Assembly: GCA_045159875.1 (NCBI GenBank)
Contig: CP067995.1
Location: 1,760,001 to 1,824,000, forward strand
From: a cyanobacterium endosymbiont of Rhopalodia gibba
Lineage (GTDB): Bacteria; Cyanobacteriota; Cyanobacteriia; Cyanobacteriales; Microcystaceae
Direction: 5' to 3'
Length of the DNA: 64,000 bases
The position numbers and the translations under genes are program-made. Shown here piece after piece: positions 1 through 11,883 of the stretch (the stretch's first letter is position 1; every line of letters begins with the position of its first letter). The notes under the pieces are model-generated. The model searched no databases, had not been told where the DNA came from, and saw nothing but the letters and a program-made list of their open reading frames with translations.

Positions 1-204
1 TAGATATTTATAATATCGTTCTATCTTTATTAAGATAGAACTGAGTTTGATAAAAGTTGTAAAAATTAGTTTAACGTATTGGCTGATCTCATCCGTTTAG
101 GTGAGGTAGACGTTTTGTTATTTGTTTTATCATCCTAGGGGTGAGGATAGATTATTTTTAGTGTGAAATGAAGAAAAAATAACCCTATACACCCCTAAGT
201 TGTT

Positions 205-510
205 ATGAAAGTCGTTTTATTGTTCATTAGTTTAAGTTTCTCTTTTACAGCAACTGTGATCGCCTCTGAAACAGAGCCTTCAGCTAAAGACCTAGCCGAA
301 GTTGAATCAAGAATTTTTGACGACTGGAATTGGGCAGTTGGGGGTAAATATACAGATCATATACAACCGGAATCTTACAACTCCAATGGACTAGGTTTGG
401 ATGCTTATCAAATTAGAGTTGAAAAACTAAACGATACTTTGGAAATTAATGATCGCCAATTAGGAGATGTTCAAAGGCCGACCCGTCGCCTCCCCTTTGC
501 TGAATTTTAA
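205..510 (+). CDS. Hypothetical exported protein (101 aa)
   Basis: ATG ORF with signal-peptide-like N-terminus (MKVVLLFISLSFSFTATVIA) and coding-like composition. Confidence 0.65.
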   Translation: MKVVLLFISLSFSFTATVIASETEPSAKDLAEVESRIFDDWNWAVGGKYTDHIQPESYNSNGLGLDAYQIRVEKLNDTLEINDRQLGDVQRPTRRLPFAEF

Positions 511-519
511 CCTAAATAA

Positions 520-897
520 ATTAAATGGGATAAGGTGGTTTATAGGGTCTTGCCACTTTACTAATTTGCAGCAAGTAATGGTCGCCAGGGAACTTCTAGG
601 TTTAATAGTCGAAAAGAATACTTAACTGTCACTAATTGGTAGTTAAGAGGCCGAGATGTTTAAAATTTAGGTCAAATAGGGGCTGAACTTCTATCGGAAT
701 TGATGGCTATAATCTTCTGAAGTCCAAGCTCACGGAATCTTGACTTTTTACAGCTGGGGGTGATTACCTGTCCTGGAATGAGATTCTGTCTCCTAAAGCT
801 GTAGACTGATGACTACTCTAAGTTAGGTTCTAACAAATTCGTGGGGATGAAACGGCTCTTATGTTTAAGCTAAATTGAAGAAGTGTTAGTGCTCCAT
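520..897 (-). pseudogene. Remnant of an unidentified gene
   Basis: Higher-GC patch; one minus frame reads protein-like (ETESHSRTGNHPQL...VFFSTIKP...LVKWQDP) with many stops; family not recognised. Confidence 0.3.
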
Positions 898-2030
898 TAA
901 GAGTCTTGCGAAATTTGTTAGTCACGGACTTAAGATTAAGCTATCTCTTAAGAAGGTTCGCTGATTATGTAATCTTATTCCCTGTTTTAGTAATCACCCC
1001 ATAAGTTATGTGAAGTGCTTATGGCAAAAAAATAAAGTTGTACAGAGATTTTCTTATTTAATTATTTTCGATGAGTTAAGAAGCATTTTAAAGTGGCTTA
1101 TCATAACAAACTCGATAAATTCACTTATTTAAAGTTATTTTTGTTTTGTAGTAGTGTCTATAAATCACATTATATTTATTTGGTATAAAATTCTTTGTCC
1201 AGTTAGTAACTCAATTAATGGACAAATAAATATAAACAGGACAAAACAGCTATTCCAGACTTTAGCAAAACAGATAAATCCAGATTTTAATTCTTGATTA
1301 TTTAAGCAAAAAAACTCTCTTAAAGATTTGTCAATGATAAATTATATCGAACAATATAATCTTTTATTTTAAAAAAAATTATTATTCATATAATAAAGAT
1401 ATAAATTTTTATAAAAAATAGGATTAACATTCAGGATAGTTTCTCTCATAGCAATCTAAACTCAAGCTAAATTGTCCTATTGCACACTAAAAGTAATTGA
1501 GTTTTAACTATGTTACGCTGCTATAACGTTTTGTCTAAACTGTATATCTATCTCATAAATAGTCCTAAAAAGTTTTTGTAAAAAATCTAATTTATCTAAA
1601 ATTTTACTATTTTTTTTAAAAAAAAAGTACAAATAAGAGTTCTTTGTTAAAATTAGAGTTCATTGCTGGGATTAAAATCTAATAGGCAGTTGGCAATTTC
1701 CAGAAAAAATCTTGAGTAAATTTTAAACACGATAAACGCTATGAGATATTATTTAAATATCTTAAATTGATTGTCTTATAATTTACTTTAAATCAATATA
1801 TTTTGCTTTCTCTAGTTATCAAAAATGATAAAATCTATTATATATAATGATCAATAAATCATAGGAATTTTAAAATAAACTAAAAGAGTTGTTCTTTAAA
1901 CTGTAAATTACTGAGAATTTTACTTTTAAAAAATTTTATTATTTTTAGTGTATACACTCATAACTTACTAAATTATTTTTATAGCTAATAACTAAGATTT
2001 TTTGTGACCTATGAAAATCATCAATTAATA

Positions 2031-2062
2031 TTTTTGGTAAATTATTGTTAATTTACCAAAAA
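2031..2062. repeat. Inverted repeat, 14-bp perfect arms, 4-nt loop
   Basis: tttttggtaaatta-ttgt-taatttaccaaaaa. Confidence 0.9.
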
Positions 2063-2679
2063 TCATTCTACCTCATTTACTAGACTCAACTAACTAGTGA
2101 AGAACTAGAGTTTTATTTCACCAAAAACAACGTTCACTTTTGTGGATTAAATTAATAGCTTGCATGAGCAGCCTTTATTCATATAACTAAACTATTCAGA
2201 GTTAAAGTCAATTATTTATATAATTTTTACATAACTTAATATTGTTGAATTAAAACAACTACTTTTTGAATTTTTACAATAAATGAGTAAAAATCTTAAT
2301 TTCCTCTATAAAAATAATTTAGTTAGAGATTTAACTGTTTATTAGTTTTATTAAACTTTATCTATTGACTTATCATTATATTCAAAATTTTAAGATTTAA
2401 AATAGTTTGTGTTAATACATAATTAAAACTACTATTTTTTTTTTATATAATTCAATATTTTTTTGTATGTGTAACTTTTTTTTATATATTATATAGCTAT
2501 TTTTACAGCCATTTATTTTATTTATATTTTTTATATAAACTATTTTCTTTGTTCTTAGCAAGAATATTATTAAGTACTACATTTTTAGGTTGTCATTGGT
2601 TTCAATAGATTTTAATATATTATTTTCTACTTATAAAATATTAAAATTTAGCATATATTTTTCAAAAAAAATACTTTTT

Positions 2680-2722
2680 AAACATAATATTTAATTTTTA
2701 AAAAAAATTAAATATTATGTTT
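2680..2722. repeat. Inverted repeat, 20-bp perfect arms, 3-nt loop
   Basis: aaacataatatttaattttt-aaa-aaaaattaaatattatgttt. Confidence 0.9.
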
Positions 2723-2794
2723 TTTCTATTCACTTATAGGTTGTCAAAAAGAGGCTAAATATTGAGTGTATTTAAAAAAAATACGACAAATTAT

Positions 2795-2836
2795 ATCTAA
2801 CTATTTTAGTAGTTTAAAACAGTAAAATAGTTAGAT
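2795..2836. repeat. Inverted repeat, 14-bp perfect outer arms, degenerate interior
   Basis: atctaactatttta...taaaatagttagat. Confidence 0.85.
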
Positions 2837-3643
2837 GCATAAAATATTTTCTTAAAATTTTTTACAGTAAAAAATTAATGTTTATTCTTCTTAAAATTAT
2901 ATACAACAATATTTTCTTTACTATCTAGAAAGTAAGTATATTTCCAGTAATATTCTAAATTATCCTGATATTCCAATAAACTAATGAACAAAAAATGTAT
3001 TTTTTAAAAGTTTACTTCTGCTAGTTTCTTATTATTTAATTTCTATATTTTTTCTGGTCTTACTAAAACCTCATAGTTATTTTTCATGGAAAAAACATAA
3101 ACTACAGTGGTTTTATCAACGAAAATTAAAAATAATCTCAAACTATATTCAATATGTATTAAGAAGATTGGACTAGAGATATCTAAAATATTTTTTACTC
3201 TGTAAAATACTTTGATTCACTTATCTTGACTATATTGATTAGACTTCGTCGCAATTAATAGTATTCAACTCATTTATCTAGTCTTACATAATTATGTTTT
3301 ATCTCGTTTTTTTTATTTATTTTTGCCATTTTGGACAGAGAGAAGGTGACATTTTAAATAAGTTATTAATAACGTTACTTTGTGTTTTATCAAAGTGATT
3401 AAAATCCTAAAATAATCAAACTCTTCATAAGAGTAGTAAATAACAAACACTTATAACAAAAACTAGGTTAATTTTTAACAAAAAACAATATGTCCTTGTT
3501 AAAGTTAACACTTTAATTTTTAATCTTTGATTTTGCTTACTTTAAATATTTGCTCTAAACAAAATTTATTAGATACTTAAATCAAGTATAATAGTACCAG
3601 GAAAAAGTAGAAACAAAACTCAAAGTTATTTTTTAAAAAAACC

Positions 3644-4333
3644 GTGTTCACTGGATTAATTCAAGGCCTTGGTACAATACGTTTGCAGGAATCTAACTGC
3701 TTTATTATTTCCTTAAAAGATAACAAAAAAACCGATATTTGGACAGATCTTGCCCTAGGAGATAGTGTAGCCATTGATGGAATTTGTTTAACTGTTGAGG
3801 AAATAACCTCTGATGGGTTTATAGCTACTGCTTCCCCAGAAACCCTACAAAGAACAACTCTAGGTCAACAAGTCCAAACTGCTAGTTATGTCAATGTGGA
3901 ACTTTCTTTACGAGTTGGTAGCAAACTAGGCGGACATTTTGTTACTGGACATGTTGATGGAGTAGGTTATTTTGTGGAAGCGATCACTACTGAAAAAGCT
4001 TGGGAGATGTTCTTTTCCTCACCACCTTCCCTTCTAGAGCAGTGGCAGAAGAACATTGAACGGTATCTTTTTCTTAAAGGCAGTGTTGCAGTCAATGGTA
4101 TTAGTTTAACCATTGCTGAATATGATCCTAAAGAGCATTGGTTTAAAGTAGCAGTCATTCCCCACACTTATCATCAAACCAATCTCTCTCATCTTAAAAT
4201 CGGAGACTGGGTAAATATTGAAGGGGATATACTAGGCAAACACGTTGCTAAGTTGTTAGGACAATCTTTAAATTCCTATCAAGCTTCTCAAGACATTAGC
4301 TTAGGTTTCCTTTCGGAAAATGGATATCTCTAG
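3644..4333 (+). CDS. ribE: Riboflavin synthase (alpha chain)
   Basis: N-terminal MFTGLI motif, GDSVAIDGICLTV, GGHFVTGHVDG; GTG start. Confidence 0.97.
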   Translation: MFTGLIQGLGTIRLQESNCFIISLKDNKKTDIWTDLALGDSVAIDGICLTVEEITSDGFIATASPETLQRTTLGQQVQTASYVNVELSLRVGSKLGGHFVTGHVDGVGYFVEAITTEKAWEMFFSSPPSLLEQWQKNIERYLFLKGSVAVNGISLTIAEYDPKEHWFKVAVIPHTYHQTNLSHLKIGDWVNIEGDILGKHVAKLLGQSLNSYQASQDISLGFLSENGYL

Positions 4334-4479
4334 TTATCCGAACAATATTTTAAGTGTAGAGATATAGATAGTGAGGTTATAGTTAAAGTCTGATAATTAG
4401 TGTTTTAATTATAAAAAATTCTTTTGATTTAAAGATATGACGATAGAGAGTTTTTACTATAAAAAAAACAGGGAAAATT

Positions 4480-5075
4480 ATTTGATTTTTATGTGGATAA
4501 GCAAATAACCTACTCTGGAAAGACAATATCTGGTCAAAAAAATAACCTTGGGCTATTGCTGACTTGTGATAACTAAATAAATATAAATAAACCTCTTCCT
4601 AAGAGGGCATAATTTTCTGAATATTTGAGAGTTCATGAGTATTTTCCGAACTTAATTGGAGCTTATCGGTAACGAACGAAAACCCATAAAAAATGTTACT
4701 ACATAGACGATAAGATCATTTTTTGTAAAATAAGATTTTCATCAAATAGAAAATTGATAAATATCCAATACCCAATATTCTGACACTAATACCGGTTGTT
4801 TAAAAAAAACTGTGTCGCTAGATATTCAATTTCATAAACCTTTAAAAATTTCCGCCTACGTCATCTAAGAATTAATTTAAAAAAGTCCGCACGAGACAAC
4901 TGTTCGATTAGTCGACCGCAGAAAAAAAGTCATAAGCAAATCTAGGCTTTTGAGGAAAGCCACACTAAAATTGTCTCATAAACTGGCTTTAAAGCAATAG
5001 TCGAAAAATTATTGTCAAGTTTCAGTATGGAAAGATTCAATAACAGTTGGATTATCATTAATAGCTTTGCATAGG
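4480..5075 (+). pseudogene. Remnant of an unidentified gene
   Basis: Protein-like fragments (YFPNLIGAY; FRLRHLRINLKKSARDNCSISRPQK; TGFKAIVEKLL) broken by stops and frameshifts; family not recognised. Confidence 0.4.
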
Positions 5076-5220
5076 CAAAGCCTCTTCATCCCATCAGCTG
5101 TTCAGCAGCATTTCTTAGCTGTATCCACCTCTGTCTCCAAAATTTTAGCAAAACTTTCTTTTTCAAGCTCTTTATTGATAAAGCATAATTAAAACTTTTA
5201 TTCAGTTTATAATTAGTTGT

Positions 5221-5358
5221 CTTCTCTTTTCTTGACTCTTGGAAATTCCTTTTTTATTCTTCTATTTATTAGAGATACCCACAATACTTCTCTTTTTTTG
5301 ACTTTTAGAAATTACTTTTTTTATTCTTCTATTTATTAGAGATACCCACAATACTTCT
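5221..5358. repeat. Tandem duplication, ~66-bp unit x2
   Basis: Units 5221-5286 and 5287-5353 share ttttttattcttctatttattagagatacccacaatacttct; 5' halves differ at a few positions. Confidence 0.9.
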
Positions 5359-5709
5359 TTATTCCTATTTATTTCTAAAATTTTTTTCTCATAAAGTTCT
5401 CTAACGATTCTACTCAATCTACGACTTTTTTAACTTTCCATCCCCTTGTATTTAAACATAATATTTCTGTTCTTCCAATTCTGTTATTGGCTGGATTTTT
5501 AGATGGTCCAGACTCTAAGATATCACTCTTCATCTAAACCATATTTCTGCTTGAGTTTTTTGGACTTATTTTAAGTTTATCTACTTAGCAATAAACGGAT
5601 TCTAATGGTGTGCCCTTAAAAAATCTGCTTTCAGCCTATCTCTTTTGATTATTTTTCTCAATAAAAATCTAACTAAACTGCAAAAAAAATAACAAATCTT
5701 CACTGAGAG

Positions 5710-5739
5710 TTGACATTTATGTTAAAAGTTATGTAGCTT
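5710..5739 (+). promoter_or_regulatory. Putative sigma70 promoter of the riboswitch transcript
   Basis: TTGACA (5710-5715), 18-nt spacer, TAGCTT (5734-5739), ~25 nt upstream of the aptamer. Confidence 0.5.
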
Positions 5740-5764
5740 AATAAGGGGTGAGATTCGGCACAAT

Positions 5765-5840
5765 ATCGTTCATCTCGACATAGCTACACAGAAAAGGTTG
5801 TGAAGGGACGGAAGTAAGTAAAGATAACTGAAGGAACGCA
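5765..5840 (+). promoter_or_regulatory. Glutamine riboswitch (glnA RNA motif, type I)
   Basis: ATCGTTCATCTC...GGGACGGAAGTAAGT-aaagata-ACTGAAGGAACGC: P1 cgttc/gaacg, E-loop CGGAAGTA..GAAG, P3 agt/act; followed by GAGGT RBS and an ORF. Confidence 0.85.
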
Positions 5841-5879
5841 AGACAACCTATAGACTATTAATGAGGTAGAAACACGTAG

Positions 5880-6110
5880 ATGCTTATGTTTTCTTTAATT
5901 ACTTTAACAATTGCTTCAGTGTCTGTTTTTCTCAGCTTTAATGCTAAAGAGGATGTGTTTAAGGCAGCCATGGGATGTACCGCTACTTTGTCCACTTTCT
6001 TAACTTTAATTGTTGCACCTTGGATTCTTAAGCTCGCTATTTTAGCAATTCCTATTTTGATCATCGACAGACTCAACAACAAAACTACTGAAGAATCAAC
6101 TCACGGCTAA
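5880..6110 (+). CDS. Small membrane protein (76 aa) downstream of the glutamine riboswitch
   Basis: Intact hydrophobic ORF with 2-3 TM-like segments, EDVF...APW pattern, RBS at 5863-5867. Confidence 0.8.
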   Translation: MLMFSLITLTIASVSVFLSFNAKEDVFKAAMGCTATLSTFLTLIVAPWILKLAILAIPILIIDRLNNKTTEESTHG

Positions 6111-6247
6111 AAGTACCGATTGCGTGTTATCTCAATCAAGTAGGAGCTATGGATGGGATGTATAAAGGTTTATACCTCTTCTAGACTGAGTGTGATAAGT
6201 TGGTAGCTCATAACTCCCGATAGTTCCGCTTTAACTGTGTTCTATGA

Positions 6248-6287
6248 CTCTGAAAGCCTAATTTTTATAACAATTGAGCTTTCAGAG
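6248..6287. repeat. Inverted repeat, 10-bp perfect outer arms, imperfect inner stem
   Basis: ctctgaaagc-ctaatttttataacaattga-gctttcagag. Confidence 0.8.
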
Positions 6288-6859
6288 CGCAAGGGGTTCG
6301 CAAGACGGAACTTTTAGCTTTTGCTTATTATGATTTCGTTATGGCTAGTATAGGAAAGTTAGATTGATTTAACTAGATTACTGTTTTTTTGTTAAAGATC
6401 TGTTACTTAAATTTTAGTAATCTTTATTCATTAATTTTTTTTAGAAAATTACTTAGATATCACTATATAGCTATATTGAGAGATTTTCTACTAGCTAGAA
6501 TAGCCTAACTCATAAAAGACTAAGATTAGATTTTTGTTGTTGGTGGAATTACAAGATCAGCATCAAGTTACAAATAAGCTAAAAAAACTTAAGGGTGTTA
6601 CTTCTAGACAGGGAAATTAACCCACTAAATGTTAATTGCTATAGTTAGTTATGAGGGCTTAGCCTATTGGTCGGAAATCGATAAATTATCGCGTTAACTT
6701 TATCACAAAGGAATTTCAATTCATCGTAATTTAATTTATCAGGAGAATTAGGTACAGATACACAATTCCAAAAATTTTATTTATTATTAACAATTTATAC
6801 GGAATATGATTCCGAAGTAGGTACTCAAAATTAAAATAAATTTGCGATTTTTCTTTAAT

Positions 6860-7610
6860 GTTTAAATGTTCGAAAGGCGTGCTAATTGGAACCACTTTTA
6901 AATCCAAGTTCTATTTCTTGGGAACTAAAGCTACCTCATGGACATATTTACTCTTAAAAAAACAATCAAGCATATCCCCAAGCTTTTATTTTACTCTGAG
7001 AAGAAATCCAAATTGAGTCAGTTGAACAACCATCTAAACAAGAAAATCTTACCGTAGGAGTGATCACAGCTACCAAAAAATTCATAGTCAACATACTATG
7101 GTTTGTGCAGATGGACTGAGCCATTATTTACTCAATAAAATTGGTGTAACGGTTGATGTTTATTTCACTCATATACAGTTAATTGTGACTTCTTGTATAG
7201 ATATGAAATTGTGAACATGGACAATGCCAGCTATCTTAAAAAGACTAATAGCAGAGTCGGAATTTAATAATTATAGGCAGGAATAATCACAGTTCAGATA
7301 TTATTGCTGAGAAACACAATTTCTTAACGGTCATTTTTGTTTAGGATAAATTAGCCAAATCTGCACCAACCGGATGGTAAAAATTGATCGAGTTTTGAGT
7401 AAAGAAACCATTGGAAGAGAAATAGGTCGAATTTTACCTACTTTAGAAAATCTGCCAGAGACATTATCCAATTGTTTAGTTGCATTTACGCCTTATCCTA
7501 GTGCTAGGGTAGGGAAAATTGAAATGTTTACCAGACTTTATTTATTTTCTTAATTTATAACAAACACCTTAGTTTTTGCTCCTCCTCTAACCAGACAGTT
7601 TATGAACTAG
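6860..7610 (+). pseudogene. FAD-dependent oxidoreductase (DAO-like) pseudogene
   Basis: Fragments TMVCADGLSHYLLNKIGVTVDVYFTH, QFLNGHFCLG*ISQI, CLVAFT, TLVFAPPL with stops and frameshifts. Confidence 0.65.
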
Positions 7611-7699
7611 GTAACAGAAGACAGTAAACAAATACCAGTTATTAATTAATTAGCTTTTGTATATTGAAAGTTGGTATTGTAAAAATTATCTATGGAGAA

Positions 7700-8357
7700 A
7701 ATTAAATGAAACTGGACAATACTTTGTTCTTCAAATAGTCCGTGTTTCTTGGCAATTGCAGTTACCCTGTGGACTATACTTATACATTTAATAAGTTTAA
7801 GGTCGTTTAGCTAAAGCAGCATCCACTTTTTCTGTTAGTAAAGGAATTTCTCTATTATAATTCTCTTCTTAAAAGAATAACTTATCTTCTTCTAATGACA
7901 ATCTAGACTCATCTTTGCTTTCTTGTGTAGTAAAGTTACTCATAGATTTAATTCCCATATTCTTTAACTAAACTGCAACAGAATTGACATTATTTTCTTG
8001 AAATTTGATTGCCATATTTGCTGTAAAATAATCACAAGCAGTTCTTCCTATACTATAGGGAACACTAAAAATAGTTAATTTTTTTAAAAAGTCGATTTTT
8101 TGGGGATAGACTTAAAAAGTTAAGTTCTTATACTTATTAAGGTTAACTTTTATCAGGATAAACACAAAATTAGCTTTTCCTACGGTAATTTGAGTCTTCC
8201 TCAAACTATCACTAATAAAACTATTGTTTCTTCTTATCTTAAGAGTTCGTTTTGTGATATAGCATATTTACATATCTGTTCTTTCTAAACTTACGACAAC
8301 ACCTTTCCCAATTTTTTTAGAAGCTCGTGCTGCTAATATAACTTTCAAGGTTTTCAT
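7700..8357 (-). pseudogene. Short-chain dehydrogenase/reductase pseudogene
   Basis: MKTLKVILAARASKKIGKGVVVSL..YITKRTL (decayed Rossmann motif); VPYSIGRTACDYFTANMA (decayed YxxxK); EIPLLT..DAALA. Confidence 0.6.
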
Positions 8358-8440
8358 AAAAATTATTTATTTTTTTTGATATTGTATTGTGTTTTTTATT
8401 GTTGATGATTTGTCCTTCATCCTTTAGCAATATCTTAAGT

Positions 8441-9880
8441 CTAACTATAATACCAATTTGTGATATCTTCAGGTTGATCAACTAGAATAATACCTTGCTC
8501 CTTTAACTCATCTCGAATACGGTCACCTTCAACATAGTCTTTACTTTTACGGGCCCTTTTTCGTTGCTTTATCAAATCTTCAATTTCTTCATCACTTAAC
8601 CTATTACTTAACTCTTTTTTGTCCTCATGTTGGTCAACTTCTAGCCCTAAAACTTGTGCTAATTCCAATAAAGTTTTCCATTGTTCTTCTAATATTTTAG
8701 GTGAAGTGTCTGTATTTCCCTGGTGTACTAAGACATTGCTTGCTCTACGTAATTCTTTAGCAATTTGAAATAATATCGCTAAACCACCTGCGAAGTTAAA
8801 GTCATCATCAATTACTTCTTTAAATCTTTGTTTTAAAGTAGAGGAAGACTTGGAAGTAGAAAAACCTAATTGAGACCCGTATTGATACCCAAAAAGTAAC
8901 CCTTCTTTAAGAGTATGCCAACTATTGGTTGCTGCTTTCAACACTTCATCAGTAAAGTCCACTGGTTTGCGATAATGTGCCTGAAGAATAAACAGTCGCA
9001 TTGCCATGGGATGAATTTTATCTAATAAATCCCGAATAGTGATGAAATTTCCTAAGGATTTAGACATTTTTTCTCCTTCTACTTTCACCATACCATTGTG
9101 CATCCAATAACGAGCTAAAGGTTCTCCTGTCGCTGCTTCTGACTGGGCAATTTCATTTTCATGGTGAGGAAAAATTAGGTCACTTCCCCCTACATGAAGA
9201 TCAATAGTTTTCCCTAGATGTTCTAAAACCATCGCAGAGCATTCAATATGCCACCCTGGGCGACCTTTTCCCCAGGGAGATTCCCAAGAGGGTTCTCCTG
9301 ATTTTGCACTTTTCCAGACGACAAAATCACAAGGATCTTTTTTTGCTGTTTTAAATTCTTCTAAATCTACTCTTCCACTAGCTCCTACTTGTAAATTCTC
9401 TAATTTTCGATCTGAAAGTTTTCCATAGTCTTTAAAATGCCGTACTGAGTAATAAACATCTCCACCAGATTCATAAACATAGCCTTTTTGTTTGAGTTGG
9501 GACACTAAGTTTTGAATACTATTGAGAGTATGAGTCGCACGGGGGTAAGCATCTGCTTGTTTTATGTGAAGACGTTCCATATCCTCAAAATAAGCGTCAA
9601 TAAACTGTTTAGAAATTAATTCCATCGGTACCCCTTCTTTACGTGCCCGATTAATAATTTTATCGTCAATATCTGTAAAGTTTTGAATATAAGTTACATC
9701 ATAACCACACCATTGTAAGTAACCTCGCACTACATCCCACACCATACAGGTTCTAGCATGACCCAAATGGCAATAGTCATAAACAGTAATACCGCAACAA
9801 TACATACGTACTTTATTCTTCTCAATCGTTTTAAAAGGTTCTTTTTTACGGGTTAGAGTGTTATAGATAGTTAGTGTCAT
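8441..9880 (-). CDS. cysS: Cysteine--tRNA ligase
   Basis: CGITVYDYCHLGHAR, GRPGWHIECSAM, KMSKS. Confidence 0.99.
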   Translation of the reverse strand: MTLTIYNTLTRKKEPFKTIEKNKVRMYCCGITVYDYCHLGHARTCMVWDVVRGYLQWCGYDVTYIQNFTDIDDKIINRARKEGVPMELISKQFIDAYFEDMERLHIKQADAYPRATHTLNSIQNLVSQLKQKGYVYESGGDVYYSVRHFKDYGKLSDRKLENLQVGASGRVDLEEFKTAKKDPCDFVVWKSAKSGEPSWESPWGKGRPGWHIECSAMVLEHLGKTIDLHVGGSDLIFPHHENEIAQSEAATGEPLARYWMHNGMVKVEGEKMSKSLGNFITIRDLLDKIHPMAMRLFILQAHYRKPVDFTDEVLKAATNSWHTLKEGLLFGYQYGSQLGFSTSKSSSTLKQRFKEVIDDDFNFAGGLAILFQIAKELRRASNVLVHQGNTDTSPKILEEQWKTLLELAQVLGLEVDQHEDKKELSNRLSDEEIEDLIKQRKRARKSKDYVEGDRIRDELKEQGIILVDQPEDITNWYYS

Positions 9881-11858
9881 TGGTGAGTTTATACTTAACA
9901 GTTAATAGTTACAGTGAAGTAATACTATGGTCAATAGTATCATTTCACTGAGGCTCTTTGAAAAGGTTAAGAGTATGGTCCGTTTCATAATTGTCGAAAC
10001 AGAGTTTTGAAAATCGATAAAATGAAGGAAATGCACTTAATTTAGTGTCTTAGAGAAGATTTAACTCATAAGTTCTAGAAGTAGAACAATGCAACTCTAT
10101 GGAATAGCAAAAATAACCAATCTCTATGAGACTAACTTTGTGTGAACAACTCGATAAGCTCATGCCTTAGATTTAATATAAAAAATCTTGATCTAGATAA
10201 CTTTCAGAGAGAGGATAAAAGACTTAAAAATAGAATAGACTCATATTATCTTAGTAGCTAAGTTTAAAGATTAATTAAAGACAAGTTAAAATAATTTTGC
10301 TAAACTATAGATATTGCTACTTCATTCAAATAAAACTATACACTAACTTTAAGCTCTTAAAATAAAGATAAGCTCTGTTCTGTCAACTTTTTGGCGATTT
10401 TATATTCATTTAAATCGTCAATTTAAATGAACTTATATACATTATCAAAGTAATCGAAATAGGATAAAACTCTACTTATTTAGATCACTTATATTTTTCC
10501 AAACTTTCTGGATTTTATAAATTAAAATATAGGATTAACTATTGAAATAAAAAAAATAAAAATTTTAGAATTTAAAATTTACAAAAGTTATCAATCAATA
10601 AGGTTTTCTTTTGATAAACTTATTGATTGTTGATACCTTCTACTGTTTTTCTAGGTTTTCCTAGCTCAAACTAGTTATAAAATTATACGAATTTAATTTA
10701 TTAAAAATAGAATAAAAATCAAATATAGACTAATTTTAAATATTTTTAGAAGCAATAATTATCAACTTAAATATTAATTTTATTCAGAATTCAATAAAAT
10801 TTAAGTAAAACAGTAAAGATTCAAAATCATTAATTATTTAAATATTAATTCAAAATAGTTATTCTATAAACTATTAAATCAAGTTCATAATAAAATGATT
10901 TAAAAATGGAGAGAGTTATTTCTAAAATAAAAAAATTGATCAACTAAAAATAACAATCTAAATCTTATTTCATTAGATTAAAAATTAGTACCAGATTTTA
11001 GTTGACTAACGAGTCTATTAAATTTTGGTTTTACTGTGGCTTTTCAACCTAAAAATTTTTCTTATTCTCTCAGTATAATTTAGTGTAATTTAACAGTTTA
11101 TCTACCTTATTATTAGTTTCTAATATAGTGTTGTTTATTTATATAAAACTACTTATCTATATAATAGAGAAGTACGTAAAAATATTAAGATGAGTTTCTA
11201 ACTGGAAAAGAAGTAATCCAATAGTCGAGTGAGTATTCTTAGTTGTGCTGACAATTATTATTTATAATAAAAGGTGATTGAAGTAGTACAAAGAAGATAT
11301 CAAAATTTAAAGTTTATCGTTGATTTGTAATTAGTTGCAATATTTTAGATTTACAGTTTAAAATAACAGCAAATAAGAGATTATACCGTAGCTACTAATA
11401 AATGAAGACTTAGTGCGATTTGCTATTAAAAATACATCAAAATTTAAGTCCTTTATCAAGCAAGATAATAATCTAATTCAAGAAAAGATAGCTAAATTAT
11501 GGGAGAGCGATATTAATTGATAAAGTATGATTTATACATCCTTAAGATTGGAAATAACTTTAAAAAATATTTATTAATATCAAAAACTAAATAAACTAAG
11601 ACGAAAACTATTCAGAGATAAAATTAGAAAATTTAGCTAGTAAAAAGAAGAATTTACTTAGACAAAGAGAATTCTCTATGTAGTTAAAGTCCTAGACGAT
11701 AAAAATATTACTCTAACATTTTTACACAGTGCTATAACCATAGTTTTTTATAGGCTTTTGATTGATAATTAAACTTTATCTTTGTATTTTTTATATTTAT
11801 AAAACAGTTTTTATAAACTAAATTCTCTTTGAAATCAATTAATAGTTTAGTTAATTTA

Positions 11859-11877
11859 GGGTGAGCAATCCCCACCC
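11859..11877. terminator. Short GC-rich hairpin just past the thrS stop (REP-like / possible terminator)
   Basis: gggtg-agcaatccc-caccc, 6 nt from the thrS stop. Confidence 0.45.
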
Positions 11878-11883
11878 ATGAGC

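Noticed and set aside
900..4500. Replication origin (AT-rich tract; TTATCCACA on the minus strand at 4492-4500)
   Set aside because: Only one perfect DnaA box seen, no cluster, no dnaA/dnaN nearby; similar AT-rich tracts recur through the window.
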